The position numbers and the translations under genes were made by a program. A DNA stretch of 63,987 nucleotides, the filler included, from Dirinaria sp. TL-2023a (Eukaryota), in assembly GCA_051941275.1 (NCBI GenBank). It is 5 parts of 5 records of this genome, joined end to end, with 100 filler letters (N's around TTAATTAATTAA, not from the genome) between each part and the next. Parts side by side here need not be neighbours in the genome. Positions count along the whole stretch, not along the records: positions 12,988 to 25,873 come from JAVEBF010000731.1; positions 25,974 to 38,845 come from JAVEBF010000732.1; 3 more parts are not named here. One strand, written 5' to 3'. The notes under the pieces are model-generated. The model ran no database searches. It had not been told where the DNA came from and worked only from the letters and a program-made list of their open reading frames with translations. Within the stretch, counting starts at the first letter, position 1. The number at the start of each line of letters is the position of its first letter. Shown piece by piece: positions 13,083 through 26,721 of the stretch.

Positions 13083-13473
13083 AACGGCGGCTATATCAAC
13101 CCACCACCGCAAAAAAGACAGTTCCGCGACCCGTACGCGGATTGGTGGGACAAGCAGGAGCGGCGCAACTACGGCGAACCCGTCCACGAAGACCATGATA
13201 TCCTCGGCATGTTCAGCCCGGAAGAGTATACGCACTTCAAGCCCGGGTGGGGGCTGTTCTTGCTGGGATGCTCGGCTGCGACTGTGCTCGCCCTGTGTGG
13301 AGTCGTTGGCTTGATGTATCCTGACAAACCGAGCGCTCCAAGGACCTTTCCGGGAGGGCTGGATCGAGAGCTCGGCGGAGAAGGCACGATATTGGTAAGC
13401 TTGGAATGCCCTCAATGGAACCAGTGGGTAAAGACTGATCAATGTTCAGGCGCCAAGTGATGAAGAGTCATGA
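13083..13473 (+). CDS. NDUFB8: NADH:ubiquinone oxidoreductase NDUFB8/ASHI-like subunit (5' part missing at the contig edge)
   Basis: Exon after a CAG acceptor reads NGGYINPPPQKRQFRDPYADWWDKQERRNYGEPVHEDHDILGMFSP, then one TM helix, then YPDKPSAPRTFPGGLDRELGG. Intron 13395-13449, last exon APSDEES-TGA. Confidence 0.88.
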
Positions 13474-13783
13474 CGCAACTTGGAATACATGGTGGGCTAT
13501 GGCCGAAGGGTTCTGCTTCGTGGATTGTACATGCACCTGGTCATAGGAGACAGTGAATGAGCCTCGTCCGCTACTTGTGATTAGGATTGAGACTATCGTG
13601 GTATCAATTACTGGTTGATTGCTTTCCCTTAGGCCGGAACACCATGGCATGACCCCCACCCCAACACCGCTTATGATTTGAAACGCCTTCCATCATGGTT
13701 CTTTGGTCTTTGCATAGGAAGCCAACGTTCCCTCTTTGACGCTATTCGCGCGAATCGTACTTAGTCCATATGCTCTTGCCTGG

Positions 13784-16700
13784 TCAACGCCTTGGTAGAC
13801 TGCCCATCATGCGTCCACCCCCTGCAGCGAGACTCTGTCTCACAATATTCTCCGCCGCTGCAGCAGCTGCAAGCCTCTCCTTCTGCCTACTGCGGTCCTT
13901 CAAATACCGTTCTGCCTCTGGCCTCATGCGTAATATTCGTAGAATCATGTCGTCGTTGGGGTCTGCCTGAGCCTCCTTCCACTTTTCCTCTTTCGCCTTT
14001 TTCATCGTTCCGAGGTTGCGCGAGAGCATGATGCTTTTGGATCGCTTGGTAGACGCGAGCCCTACCAGCCCCGCCGCGCCGCCAAAGGCTGGTGGAGCCA
14101 GTGCAGCAGGAGCAGATAGTCGGTTACGTTGCGTTTGCTGGCGCGCAGCCGTGGCAGATGCCATACGTTCTGAAGTCCTTATGAGGCCTTCAGTTGTTTC
14201 AAAGTAGAAGAAATTGAGCGTCGTGATGTCGAAGTACTTCGGTGATCGGAGGACGTCAAGCGGTACGCCGTTTGCCTCCCCGGTCTCTTCATCAACGGCG
14301 TGAAAGAAATCGAAGAAATATTGAAGCCATTTGAAGACGATATCCACCTCTTGCTGGTTTAGCTGGCGCTGTTGCGAAGGCTTGTCTGAAAGTGGTGGGA
14401 CGAGCAACCCTTCTATTGTTACTAGAACTTCTTTCCATAATCTCGTCATGACCATGACCATAGCGCTACTCGTCAGCGTTTGATTCATGATCGCAAAATT
14501 GTCATCAAAGTAGGCGAATAATGGCTTTAGAGCATTCATGATCTCCGCTTCAGTAGGTGCTTGTGCGGTCGGCGGTGGCTTGTTCCTATTAAAATAGTTT
14601 GATACCGAAGACATTGTTATGCCTTTCGACTGCAGGCTCCGCAAAGCACGGCGTGAGAGGCAATGATTAATGTAAGCGGAGAGCTGTTTGTAAAATCAGT
14701 ACTGATTGCCACGAGTCGATGACTAGCGCATACCTTATCTGTGATCTTCCTTGTCATGTCGCGCTCCGTCCTCTTGAGCGTTCGAAAAGCCTTGCCAAAG
14801 TAGAATTGGATATCATCCCGCTCTCCCTCCATACTCACTCTAAGTAAGATGCGCCCTTGGGTGTCAAGGTCGAGCCAATATTCTCGGGGCAAGAAGTCCC
14901 CAAAATGTGATGGGTCCAGTTTTAGTGATGCCCTACCTACGCAATCGTGGTCTCCGAGGGTGTCCCAGTCCCATACAGTTGCAACGATGTTGAGTGGGCC
15001 TTGAGTATTGATGTCCACCGTTTCATCCCATCGTGGATTAAGGTTGCGGTATATGACTCTGGTCTTAGCCAAGCGCTTCTGATATTCGTCCCCCAGCACG
15101 ACATATGGGTCACTAAGCCCATTCATATCACAAGCTTTCAGGTTCTCTGCTTCCACGATCTTGATCGTGAAAACGTAATTGTTAATCTTCCTTTGGCGCT
15201 GAGTGACCGGTAGAGCATGTTTCTGAATAACTGCGGCACAAGCGTCCACATTAACCTCTCTCTCGAGCTTGTCAAGCTGAAGAGTAGCATAATCGACGTT
15301 ATTCAGTTTGACGAACGACTCGGGAAAGAACTGAAATGGCTCAATCTTCTCTTTACTGCTCCAAGTGTCTTTGGCCAACCGCAACCATTTCTCTTGCGTT
15401 GTTTGGTTTGCTGCTGCTTCTTGCTCGGGAGTAAGCCTATCCATTTCTTTCGAGAATCTCTGCTCCACCAGATCACAGTATCTTGCAACGCCCATACCCA
15501 CTACTTTTGCCAAAGCTGTCATGAATTGTGCATATTGGAGATCATCGTCCCAATTCAGCTGTACGATGCGATCGATGGTTTGATTGAAGGAACTGAAGAT
15601 GTCGATAACGGACACGCTGTGCCGCTGATCTTCCGAGGGAATCTGGGTTTTGTTTTCTGTTCGGACGCTGAAAGAATCCTGTTTCATTGCTTGATCGACC
15701 CAGTCATTGATGCTTGATTCTGTCATTCGGATCCAACGCCAGACAAAATCGGCCAGAAGACCCTCGATATGGAATGCGAAGACAACACCAGGGAGAACAT
15801 CGCCATGTATACGGCGGATCTCAACCAGTTCCCCGTAAAGTTGAAACCCGTCTTCAATGGGTACTTCTTCAGCCTTGTCTCGGGCTAGTTGTAATATTCT
15901 CGCAACAATGTCTCGAGCATCTTCTGCATACAAGGGCAGCATTGTCTCCACCAAAGCCATTAACGGATTCACACCCATGACTTCCGGATTTTTCTTGTAC
16001 CTTTTCTGAATACGCTGAGCTAAAGAGACCACAGCTTTACCCATCTGTATTACATGATAGAATTCCCAAGCATGCTGGTCTTGTGGCACCTCTTTCTCCA
16101 GGAACGCTCGATATATTTCATGAGACTTCTGTTGCAAACCCTCGTAAAGCTGTTTCCTGTAGCCTTCAAGATCTTCTGGGGATCTGTCAAAATCCGGATC
16201 GTCATAAACATGGTTTTGTAGGATATTCAGGACGGGTCCTGCAGTTGGAGGCTTTGGCTCGTAACAATGCTGCAAAATGTCGTACAAATCTCGAAGCAGA
16301 GCGTCATGGACGCTCGCCAGAAGCCTTTGATTCAGAGCAATGTCTGCCACTATCCACTTATTGCGGTCGAACAGCAGGGATGTCATGAAATTGGGAGACT
16401 TCCGGTTGTCTGGCAAGGGCTCCTTCACGAATTTGAATGCAGCATCCAGCGTGTTCAGCGTGATGTCTTGATCTACAAACTTTTCGCAGATAACATCAAG
16501 GAACAAAATCACCCGGGAGACTTGCGGAAGTCGCCATCGAAGACAGAGTTCATTCAGGAACTCAGTCGACGGTTTCGACAAAAGCTTTACTGCGGGCGTG
16601 TTTTCGGTAGTTTCAGAAGGCTGCAGATCCCCATCTTTTAGGTCATAAGTTATCGCCTTGGTCAATATAAAGCGATAATATGCTCTGGCATCGGGCGGTA

Positions 16701-17949
16701 TGAAAGTGAAAGTATTGTCGTCGTCATTCGTTGCAACAGGACTTTGATCGCCGGAGCTGTATGCGCTCATATCAACCGGCTGATCAACGACGTATGAGGA
16801 AGCTTCATTTCCATCAGACATCCTTCGCAACAAATCGGGATACGATAGATCTGACGGCGTCGAATTGCTCATCCGATGGTTGAATTGTGGCAGGCTAGAC
16901 CCTGGAGTATCCTTGGCAAGCTCTGGATTTGATTGTATTATCGCAAGCATCAGCTGTGACAGATCGTGGGTCTCTCCCTTTCTCCATGTCTCGTATGCCT
17001 CGTCCAAGTCGAAATCATCCTTGCGAAGTGTCTTTCGCGAGTTGAGGCTCAAGAGTTTTTGATACTGTTTCAGATCTTGAAGAGCCGCTCGCTCCGTCCA
17101 CACGTTCTTGTTCTTAATTATATCAGATTGCACTTCCGTATGAGTGAGACCGAATATGCGAGCAACAGTTTGCACCAACGGCATGTCCTTCACTTCGTAG
17201 CTCAGAGGAACAACCACTTCAATCGTCGATCCTCCTGCACCTCCATTCCGTGACGTAGCCGCAGCAAGATCCTGATCGTGAGCCAGCAATTTACTTTCCA
17301 ATGTCGAAAGTCGACTGCTTAGTTCTGGTCTATCTCGAACCCAATCATGATCTTTCAACACCAGGCTGATTAAGCGTATGAACAAAGCCAGATGACGGTC
17401 GGCCATCAACTTCCAAGAATCATCGCCCGGGGCTTTCGCCTTCTGAAGCTCCTTGGTTGCGTTCGAAAAGAATATCAGCACCAGATCCTCAACCCTGCGA
17501 TCCTTCTCCATTCGCTTCTTGAAGCTTTGCTCCGTAAAAGCGTTAAAGAAGGCGGCAAAGGTTCTTTTGATTGCAGCATCCTTGTACTCGGGTTTTTTTT
17601 CCGTTCCCACCAAAACCCCCTTAAGCCGTTTTTCAAGCTCTGACATGAATCCATGGGGGAACCTCGTACTTTTTGAGTCTCTCAAAAGACTGAAATCTTT
17701 CATCAAGTCATTGATGGAAGTCGAAGAGCGCTGCACCTGCACCGGGGGCGCCGGGACATGTTGAGTCCTTCGTGCCCGAGGTTGGAGGAGGTAGACAAGG
17801 TAGGCCACTCGAAGAGCGTACAAGTACGCGTCGTTTTCGGTCACTATACGCTTGCGAGAAATCACCCGATCCCTCGATCTGGTGCCATTGCTCTGAAGGC
17901 TATTTACCCGCCTATTTACGTCTCTTGATTGCGTAGAAGATGTCGACAT
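13784..17949 (-). CDS. Munc13-homology (MUN/MHD1-MHD2) + C2-domain membrane-trafficking protein (YOR296W/Git1-like)
   Basis: The 1110-aa and 286-aa ORFs join through intron 14684-14733 (GTATGC..CTGAT..CAG). C2 domain: IKIVEAENLKACDMNGLSDPYVVL...LNPRWDE...VWDWDTLGDHD. MHD1-like HSVSVIDIFSSFNQ. Confidence 0.85.
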
Positions 17950-18425
17950 TAGATTCGACGAGGCTCAAGGTTTGGGCTGCGCTTCGCCGTAGAGCAGGAG
18001 TTTGTAGGTCCACCATAGGTTCGATGCTGTTCAAATATTAGCAGTGCTTGTAGGGATGATGCGTAGCTTGTTGAGTCTTCAGGTGCGCCCGCAAACTTGC
18101 GCGCTTAGAGATGACTTTAATAAGAATTCGGGCTTCAAGAATAATAGTGCAAGTTCATGATGCCAAGTGAAAGTGAACCCGGTACACTAGCGCTTGCTAG
18201 TCGTGACACCCCGGTAAGGTGGGCCCGGGAGGGTACAGGCACGAGTACTCACTTAGGTACCTCAAGATAGGTACCTACCTACCTTATGTACTTTCTACCA
18301 GCCAAATCTGCCGCGCCATTCATCTCACACACAGCACTACTCATCAATGTCCAAATGGAATCCATGCACGTCACACAGCGGTGAACCAGGTCTTCTCACA
18401 CTCCAACATAGGAAAACAGGCACAC

Positions 18426-18463
18426 AGAGAGAGAGATAGTGAGAGAGAGATTGAGAGAGAGAG
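18426..18463. repeat. Imperfect (GA)n microsatellite
   Basis: agagagagagatagtgagagagagattgagagagagag. Confidence 0.7.
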
Positions 18464-18667
18464 ATGCTCGATTTTCTGGAATGCTGATTCTCTTCACCCT
18501 ACATTTGACATCGATACCTCTCATGGATCTATCTCCGTTGAAGCTAACCGTCCGCAAGCAATGCAAACGTTCAGTGCACCTCGACTGGCGCATCTTCACC
18601 TTTCATATCTCCATGGCCATCCTTTGTCTCTTCCGACATATGCGGAACAGGCTTCCCATTGCTTCCC

Positions 18668-19833
18668 TTATTGCTTTAGTTTCTCCACCGCCTTCCTCTG
18701 CTCCCTCCTAATCTGCTCTAGCAGCTCCGGGTACCACCTAGCTCCGACATCCGGGTGGCTTTTGATCCTGTTCGCCAAAGTCGCTTCACCCAAGTGGTTC
18801 CAGCGACCCTTCCGAAAAGTGAATTCTACGTCATCTTTTCCCAGCCCTATCTCCTTTTCCATCTTCTCCTTGATCTCGTCTCTCATCTTCAGTATCTCCG
18901 CTGGAATATCCACACACTCAAATGTACTGTCATAGCTCACACCTTGGAAGAACGGGATCGAGAACCGCGGACCGGAGCCAGCCAAGGGTGAAAGCACCCG
19001 GTGTGTTGTCGATTTGCATACTCCGCTGGTGATGGCCTCGAGGCCTTGGCCGATGGCGACAACGAGCGTACCATCAATGGGTGGAACATTGATCCACTCC
19101 CCTCTCAAATTTTGTGCTTGCAACCCTATATGATCACTCGCTTGCAGCAAATAACTTGTGAGCATGCTGTCTTTATGCGCTCCCACGCCTTGACGAGCTT
19201 CCCGCGCTTCTTCTGGGATATTGGACACATCGGGATATTTGATGATTTTAAGCTTGTGCTGCTGGTCGGAGTCAAAAAAGCGGTCAAACGCTGTGGGCTG
19301 TAGGAGAAGGGATTCGGCGATTAGGGAGGTAAACTCTGTGGAGATGGCGGACATTTCCCGGATGTAGGTCTCATATGTTGGGCGGAAGGATGGCAGATGC
19401 GAAGGTGAAGGCCACTGATTGGGTGCACGAAGGTTACGGTAGAGGGGCGCGGTGGGAGAAGGTAGGGGATGAGGTGTTGAAAGGTCAATTTGCTCGCGTT
19501 GATCGGCACAATGGGCGGTAGTTTCGGCAGCGGGTAGGGAGTAGCCTGCGAATCCGTTGGATGGTGGTGGGTATGCGAGGAGGGCATTCAGATACCGAGA
19601 AAGCTGGGCTTATTCTTCATTTGAATCTGAATCTTCGCTTCGTGAGGAAGGTCGAAGAAGGCTCTACCCTCTTGGATGACATCACGAACGAGCGAGCCCT
19701 CGAGACCAGTGTTCCTGATGTAGAGAAAACCGACTTCGAGAAGTGCGTGGCGAAGGGAGGACAGAAACGCGGGTTTGGTGTCTGTTTTGCGCGCATGCGA
19801 GAGGTCGAGAATCGGAACGGAATCAAACGACAT
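18668..19833 (-). CDS. 2OG-Fe(II) dioxygenase, IPNS/DIOX_N family
   Basis: N-terminal VPILDLS...EVGFLYIRN, intron 19546-19595, GVGAHKD (HxD), STTHRV (distal His) and RFSIPFF (RxS). Confidence 0.9.
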
Positions 19834-20530
19834 GATGCCAGGCTGAATGTTGTTGGGTTCTGTTGAAGAAGAAGAATGTAGAAACGGAAATTGTATTTTC
19901 GAGATCTGAAGTGCGTTGGGTGGAGGGGCAAAGACGCACGCCCTGTGCGGCCTCTATGGCGCAATGCGGGGTGAAGGAAACGCCCTCTAACGGTTCTTCC
20001 TTCTAGCTCGAAGTACCATCTACTTAAGGTACGCGGCACGGTCCAGAACGAGACTGGAGACAGGCTGCCAAGGGTATCAAAGGCCCACGTAATCCATACT
20101 TGATCTCCGAAACGTGAGATGGTGGATGGAATAATGGCTGATACCAGGCCAATGTACGCCTCTGGCATCGAAACCAATAATAGTGGTGAGCACCTAGCAA
20201 AGAGAATGGAGTGAAATCACACTAACGGGCGCATACAGTATGGATGCCATACAATGTAAGATACATCGGCCTACTCACATGTTTGCAGAGCCACGGGCCT
20301 TCAGATATTGACGAACAGATATCGATGCATACATTACTGAATATGCTTCGGTTTGTTTTGGGCTGCCAATCAGTATGATAGTATTGCTCTTCAACCAAAC
20401 TGTATGTCGGACTTCAGTCTTCAGCTTGTACATATCGAGATGCATTTAGCGCTTACCTTCCTCTTTGGCTGCCCGTGAGTGTGGTAGGCATTGTGCTTCA
20501 ACAGAGCCGAAGGTGAGGAGACCCTTACTC

Positions 20531-21942
20531 TTACCTTGTATATTCCCTCTGCAGTAACTTGGCAATCGTCTGCAGCTGAATGTTGCTCGTCCCTTCGTAT
20601 ATAGCTCCAATCTTGCTGTCCCGAAACATTTTCTCGGCGATGCCTTCCCGAACAAAGCCCATGCCGCCCATCCATTCAATGGCTTGCCCGCTCACTCGTC
20701 CTGCCACTTGAGAAGCATAAAGCTTTGCCATAGCGGCGTCTCTCACGAAATCTTCACCTGCTTCCTTTTTTCGAGACGCATTATAAACCAATGCGCGGGC
20801 AGCACATATCTCCGTGTAGGCTTGCGCTAGCTGGTGTTGCATGCCTTGGAAATCGCCAACGAGCTGACCGAACTGCTTACGATCTTTCCAGACATATCTG
20901 TGTCATACAATGCATCAGTGAAAAGTCCCGATGGCAACTGCATGACTTACGCAGCAGCGTTCTCCCAAGCACCGAGAGCAAGACCTGTCATTTGCGCCGC
21001 AATGCCGATCCTGCCTTCGTTGAGAAGGCCTATCGCATATTTGTATCCTTGACCTTCTTCACCCAGTAGCTGATCTTTGGGTATCTCCACATCGTCAAAG
21101 TTTATCACGCATGTACTGCTAGCCTTTATACCCAGCTTCTTTTCTTTCTTGGCTATGGAGAAACCTTTTGTATTCTTTTCCACTACAAAAGCGCTGATGC
21201 CCTTATATGCCTTACTTGGATCAAGGTTAGCAAATACAATAAAGAAATCGGCTTCCATCGAGTTTGTGATCCACATCTTTGACCCATTTATTCTATATCC
21301 GTCCGTGGTTTTCTCAGCTCTTGTCTTCAGTGCAAAAGCATCCGAACCAGAGGCCGGCTCTGATAAGCAGAAAGAGCCCACAGTCTCTGTGGCCAGTCGA
21401 GGTAGCCATTTTCGCTTTGATTCCGCCGTTCCATATTTCAATATCGCAGTGTTGACAAGCGTATTGTGTACATCGACCAGGACGCTGACACTCGGGTCCA
21501 CTCTTGCCAGCTCTTCGATACCCACTATGCCTGCCGTAAAGTTCATACCTGCGCCACCGTACTCTTCTGGTATCTCAATGCCCATGAGACCCTGCTCGAA
21601 CAACTGCTCGACCAGGGCTGGATCTATTTTCTCGGCTTCGTCCATTTCGCGAACTTTCGGCAGCATAACTTCTTGAGCGAATTTAGAGACAGACTCGGCC
21701 ATCATCGCTTCTGTCTCCGACATATGCATTATGGGGGTGGGTGGAATCGAGGATATGTCGATAGGGTCTGCTTGACGCTGGCGTACAGTGGTGAAGAAGG
21801 GCCGAGAAGCCCTGAATCCACCGAATGATGCCCTATTCTCATACTTCAACAATACAGACTGCGGTGTCAGGTGGATGGCGCGTCTCAGTGGACAGGCTAC
21901 GGTTTGTGTAATGGGCCGTAAGGACTTAATAGATGATGCCAT
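20531..21942 (-). CDS. Mitochondrial short/branched-chain acyl-CoA dehydrogenase (ACADSB-like)
   Basis: FCLSEPASGSDA, NGSKMWITN, GRIGIAAQ, RKQFGQ and KIGAIYEGTSNIQ motifs. One intron near 20900-20950. Arg/Ser-rich presequence from MASSIKSLRP. Confidence 0.92.
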
Positions 21943-22624
21943 GTTTGCAAATTCCAACTCGCTAAAACATAGAGTAGATATCAATTCAGGATGAGGAGGT
22001 CGAGATCTCGAGGTTCAGTAGAGTCCAAGTAGACAGGGACTGTACATAAAGGTAATATCCGAGGTCCGAATTAAATGAAAGCCGGCCCGTCGCTAACCGG
22101 GCGAGCCGGGAGAGCCACTGAGGCCACCTCCTCGGTGAAGAAGATCAGGCGCTCACATGTGCCATCACACTACTACCTTGTATTATTATTCACCGGGTTT
22201 GATCTACGGAACTGAAAGTGCCGTTCGGTTGGCAATTTGCTAGTCCATGGTAGGACAGTAGTACTAGTACCTTCACTAGGCTTACCCTGATACAGCGGGA
22301 GGAAGCTTCCATGCCTTAGGCCGACCAAGAACAAGTGCTGGCGCGTGTCTTGCAGATGTGGCTGCTTCAGCCACACTTGGCGTACCTACCCTATGAGCTC
22401 ATTGCGTAATGTAGAAGGCGGTAGGAGCAGCACCAAATGGAAATGCTCCTGCCTCTGTGATTGTGAATGCCGTTATATTTCAAGAATTCCTCGTACCTTC
22501 ATGCTTTTTATCTTCTCAACGGTTTTACAAAGCAGCAGATAGTACCAATTGAAACGTCCAAAAACTCTTTTCAGATTCCAAGCGTACCGGCGTGAAGTTA
22601 GTACAAGGCAGTCAAACCTTCAAC

Positions 22625-24293
22625 ATGTCTGCCGGGCACAACGACCCAAAACTGCTGTATAGCGTGGGCAACATCAACGCCTACCACATCCAGAACGGCC
22701 AAGAATCCCCGCTCAGCCCTTCGGGTCCACAGACACTCTCGCTGTTGATGGTACCGACATCTTCTCCATTTGCAGACTTATCCAGCACCGAGCCTTCGAG
22801 CTCAGCACCCGAAGAGGACTTCTACCTCCACCTCCACCTGCCACCCGAATTGGATCTTTCGCTTCCGGCTACTACTCAGATATATCACCAGCCCCCACGC
22901 AGTTACTTGATCCCACGATGGGATCTCGGTCCCGAAAGCGGTGCTTTCACACGTATCGAGTTCCCTAAGCTTGGGACTGGACCAGGTAGAATCTCCCAGG
23001 AGGATATCGACACCTTCGAAACCATTCTTGCTCAATGCACAGCATTCCTAGAACGCGCTAGCCCTCCGAGTCAAAAGGGACAAGGCTCGTACAACCCTGC
23101 CGAATTCGCTCCTGGAGAAGGCTATATTGGCCATGGTATTGCTGGATCTAAGCCGGGCCAGATCGTCCTCGTGGACGAGGAAAATGGTAGTGTGGTAGGT
23201 GAGCTAAGTGAAGGCTTCCAAGTTGTCGAGGGCAAAGACATCAAGGCAGGCTCTAAGAGTAAGTTTGTTACGCACCCTCTATTAGATCAGGTGCTCAACT
23301 ATACTTAAAGGCCCCGTTGAAATCCGGCTTCCGTTGGAAGGAGAAGGCAACCAGATCAATGTCACGAACGCATCAGAAGAATATCTCAAAATGTCAAGGC
23401 ATCCTGCCTACAAAGATTCGACTCTCGTTCAAAACGCTGCAACGGCATCGCGATTCATCGTCACAACTTCAGAATATCTATCGAACGCAATGACGTCGGG
23501 AGCAGACTCTTTCACCAAAAAGACTAAATCCAACCCGAAGCCAATGACGTTTTCACCAACCGCTCAAGCCCGCGTCAGAAAGCTCAATAGCCTGACCCAA
23601 GGTGCAGTCAGCTTGTCAGCCAAGACCGTAGGTCAAGTCACAAGGCATGCGCAGAATCTTGGAGCTACGATGGCGCGGCGCGGCGATCCAAAACGAAAAG
23701 GATATGACAAGGAGGGGAAGGTCAATGAGAATTACAAACCAGGGTTGCTAAATAAATCAATGATGGCGTTCTCGACAGTAGCAGACGGTGTAGACTATGC
23801 TTCGCGCAGCCTCCTGGCCTCCAGTTCGAGTGCTGCGACTGCCATGGTAGGCCATCGCTATGGCGAAGATGCAAGAAATGTTGCCGGAGGCCTTGCTGGA
23901 GGTGTTAAGAATGTTGGTCTTGTCTATGTAGACGCGGTCGGGGTCAGCCGTCGGGCAATCATCAAGAGCGTAGCAAAGGTAAGACCTCTTGGCGCCCATC
24001 CAAGCTTCTAACCATGCTGAGTCTTCGAACAGGGCATGATTGTCGGAAAAGCACCCGGTGGGGGAAACCTGATTGTCGGTGGAGGCAGTGGGGGCACAAT
24101 CCCAACTGAACTGCTTCAAGATCCGAATGCTGGCGTAGGAACCCAGAGTCTTGCGGGCATGGGAGGGACAGAATCAGGGCCAGTGGGTTTTGGTAATGCA
24201 GTCCCCCAAGCTTACTCAAGCGGTGTTGGCGAACCGATCGGAGGGCAAGGAGTATATGGTCCTTCCGGTCAGGATCCGTACGGTAAGCGATAG
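22625..24293 (+). CDS. Spartin/senescence-domain protein
   Basis: Three exons (introns near 23260-23310 and 23979-24032). C-terminal FSTVADGVD...ATAMVGHRYGEDA...VGLVYVDAVGVSRRAIIKSVAK is typical of the senescence domain. Confidence 0.75.
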
Positions 24294-25873
24294 CTGGCTG
24301 AAACTCGGAAAAATTCTCTTTCGTATTCCTAGGTAGCACTGATTAAGTATTTCAGTAGTCGGATAAGGGTGGGCATGACGAGTCGGCCTTCGATCAATTC
24401 AAATGCGTGCCTAACGCAGTGTATACTGTTCATTTTGACCCTGATATGTGTCTTTAGAGAATTATGGTCGGTGAGGTTGGCGATCATCTTTATGACTTCT
24501 ACAACAATCCGTCCAAGGAAAGCCATCTATACATATTGAGATCAGACCTAAGACATGTCTCTCGGCGGTATCGGGTATTTCAGTGGCTTGTTAAGGTATT
24601 GTTGTTACTCGAGACCGGCACGTAGCATACATAATGATGTGGCCAAGACTTGAACGGAGCCTTTTCCAAGAGAATCTACAGGACAACGAAGTCCCGAGTC
24701 TGTCCCTCCAACCGAGAGCGAGGTAATAGGACTTCTGACTGCCAGCACATATGCCCAAAGACATCGAGTGTCTCGCTTAACTCCCACAAGCCCTTTCAGC
24801 TCGCTTGGGGAGCTCTTGGCAATGAATCCCCCGTGGAGACTGCTTAAGCACTCATCATCGCCTTCTGGACGTCGACGTCTTCAGCCTGCGACATTCTGCA
24901 GAGACCTACAAAGTTTCAAAGATCGCACGAGGTGGATGGTGACGAGCACACAGGAGTATCCACACACAATCCTGTAGACCGATGTAGAAAAAGGTCCAGA
25001 GAAAAACCATAATGTTCACCCCATGCCGTTCTGGGATGCTGCAAAGATCCGTGTGTCGAGCAAGGATGATGAAACATGCTAGTAGCCATTGAAGGTTCAC
25101 CGAGGCTAGAAATCCATATTCAGCAACGTTTGCGCGCTTGATGAAGCAGAATGCAAGCAATAATATTGATCGCTCGGAGCCAGTGAACATTTCAAAGGAA
25201 ACAAAGTATCCGACAGCGCCAGAACGGCCATCAAGCGCCTGGAAGGTCTGATTCGTCAAAGAGCGAGCTACTTCTTCTTTCACCTCAGTAACTCACATCC
25301 CTTACCTAGGTATTTTACCTTACAGCGTACGAGCACAGAAGCGACAAAGAGGTGAGACCGAAGCGAAGCGCGTGCACATGTCTGTATGGCCCGCATTATT
25401 ACTACTTTATTATTGCCCTTCATCAGCGAGAATCAAGAAGAATAATACGTAGTAATTAATAATAATAATAATGAGAAAAGAAAAGAAAAGAAAAGAACAG
25501 AAAAAAATTTTTAGATTGTTCGATCTGGTCAATTTCACATGCCAACAATAATGGCAGGGTTCAAGTGAGTACCTTACTCGATGGCCTAGGATTCTAGGAT
25601 TCTAGGAAGTCGAAGAAGTCAAAAAGAGAGAGTTTCAGGTCGCTCCTCAGCCCACCCACATGCCCAAACTCATTAATATTGCACCACGCGAGCTACTGAT
25701 TGGCCCGTGGGAAGTGCAAAAGCGCGAATCCGCAACAGGAATAGCGGCTGTGAAAACGAAATTGGATCTGGAGTCGGCACCAGCGACTCACGACTTGGAG
25801 GACAGAGAAAGACACAGACAGACTCAAGCCAGGAACAACTCATTATCCTATCCCTCCCCACGCCCAAACGCCC

Positions 25874-25973
25874 NNNNNNNNNNNNNNNNNNNNNNNNNNN
25901 NNNNNNNNNNNNNNNNNTTAATTAATTAANNNNNNNNNNNNNNNNNNNNNNNNNNNNNNNNNNNNNNNNNNNN
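25874..25973. other. Artificial contig linker
   Basis: N44-TTAATTAATTAA-N44. Confidence 0.98.
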
Positions 25974-26320
25974 CCCCGACCCCCAACGCACCCTTCACCC
26001 CGACCCGCGCCTCGCCCGGGGCACCCACCACGCCCGAGCAGCCGGCCGGCCAGGGAGATGTGTGTTTCAGCGCCGACGGACGGTATTTGATCGGGGCCTC
26101 GAACGGGGAGCGGGACGCGGTCGTGTGGGACACGCAAGCCTTCCCCGCCAAAGGCGAGAGGGGCGAGTCGGACAAGGTCCTGCGCCCCTGGGCCGCCTTG
26201 CCGTGCAAAGGCAAGGTCGGGTGCGTGGAGTGGAACCCGAGGTACAATATGCTGGCGACGGCGGATCGGGAGGTCGTGTTCTGGTTGCCCGAAGAGCATG
26301 TCGGGGTTAAACCGCCATGA
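25974..26320 (+). CDS. SWD2: WD40 protein Swd2/WDR82 (COMPASS / CPF subunit), 3' end only
   Basis: GDVCFSADGRYLIGAS...VVWD...VEWNPRYNMLATADREVVFWLP matches the Swd2/WDR82 C-terminus. Cut by the contig start. Confidence 0.75.
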
Positions 26321-26721
26321 AAGTAGAGTCGTGCGTAGTCTGCAGAAAAAAACAAAAAGGAGGGAGTATGTAGGTTTCTACGGGTTTATTTGGAAGCATA
26401 ATTTATTTCCATGATACCCCCCCTGCCAAGAAGCAGTAATACTCTTTTTTGGAGTCACTATTAATGGCGATATACTTCGAACAGCCCTTTTTCATCCTAA
26501 CACTTTTTTCGCGTGCTTGCGGGGAAAAAGGATGATGATAGTGAGGTAGTAACAAGGTACATAATAATACCTCAGTCTGGGCATCCCATACAAAAAGGTG
26601 CCGAGAAATCTTATCGTATCTATCCTTTGAAAAAAAAAAAAAAAAGACTGAAATAACAGACTCGAAGGCATGCCCCCCCCCCCAAAAGAAAAGACCAATC
26701 GAACTCTCCCTAAAAAAGTGT

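Noticed and set aside
18219..18935. 238-aa plus-strand ORF
   Set aside because: It runs antisense to the 2OG oxygenase 3' end and through a GA microsatellite, with no protein-like features.
24545..25873. Short ORFs at the end of contig 2
   Set aside because: No recognisable product or consistent splice model; the region includes AAT, AAAAG and TAGGATTC simple repeats.
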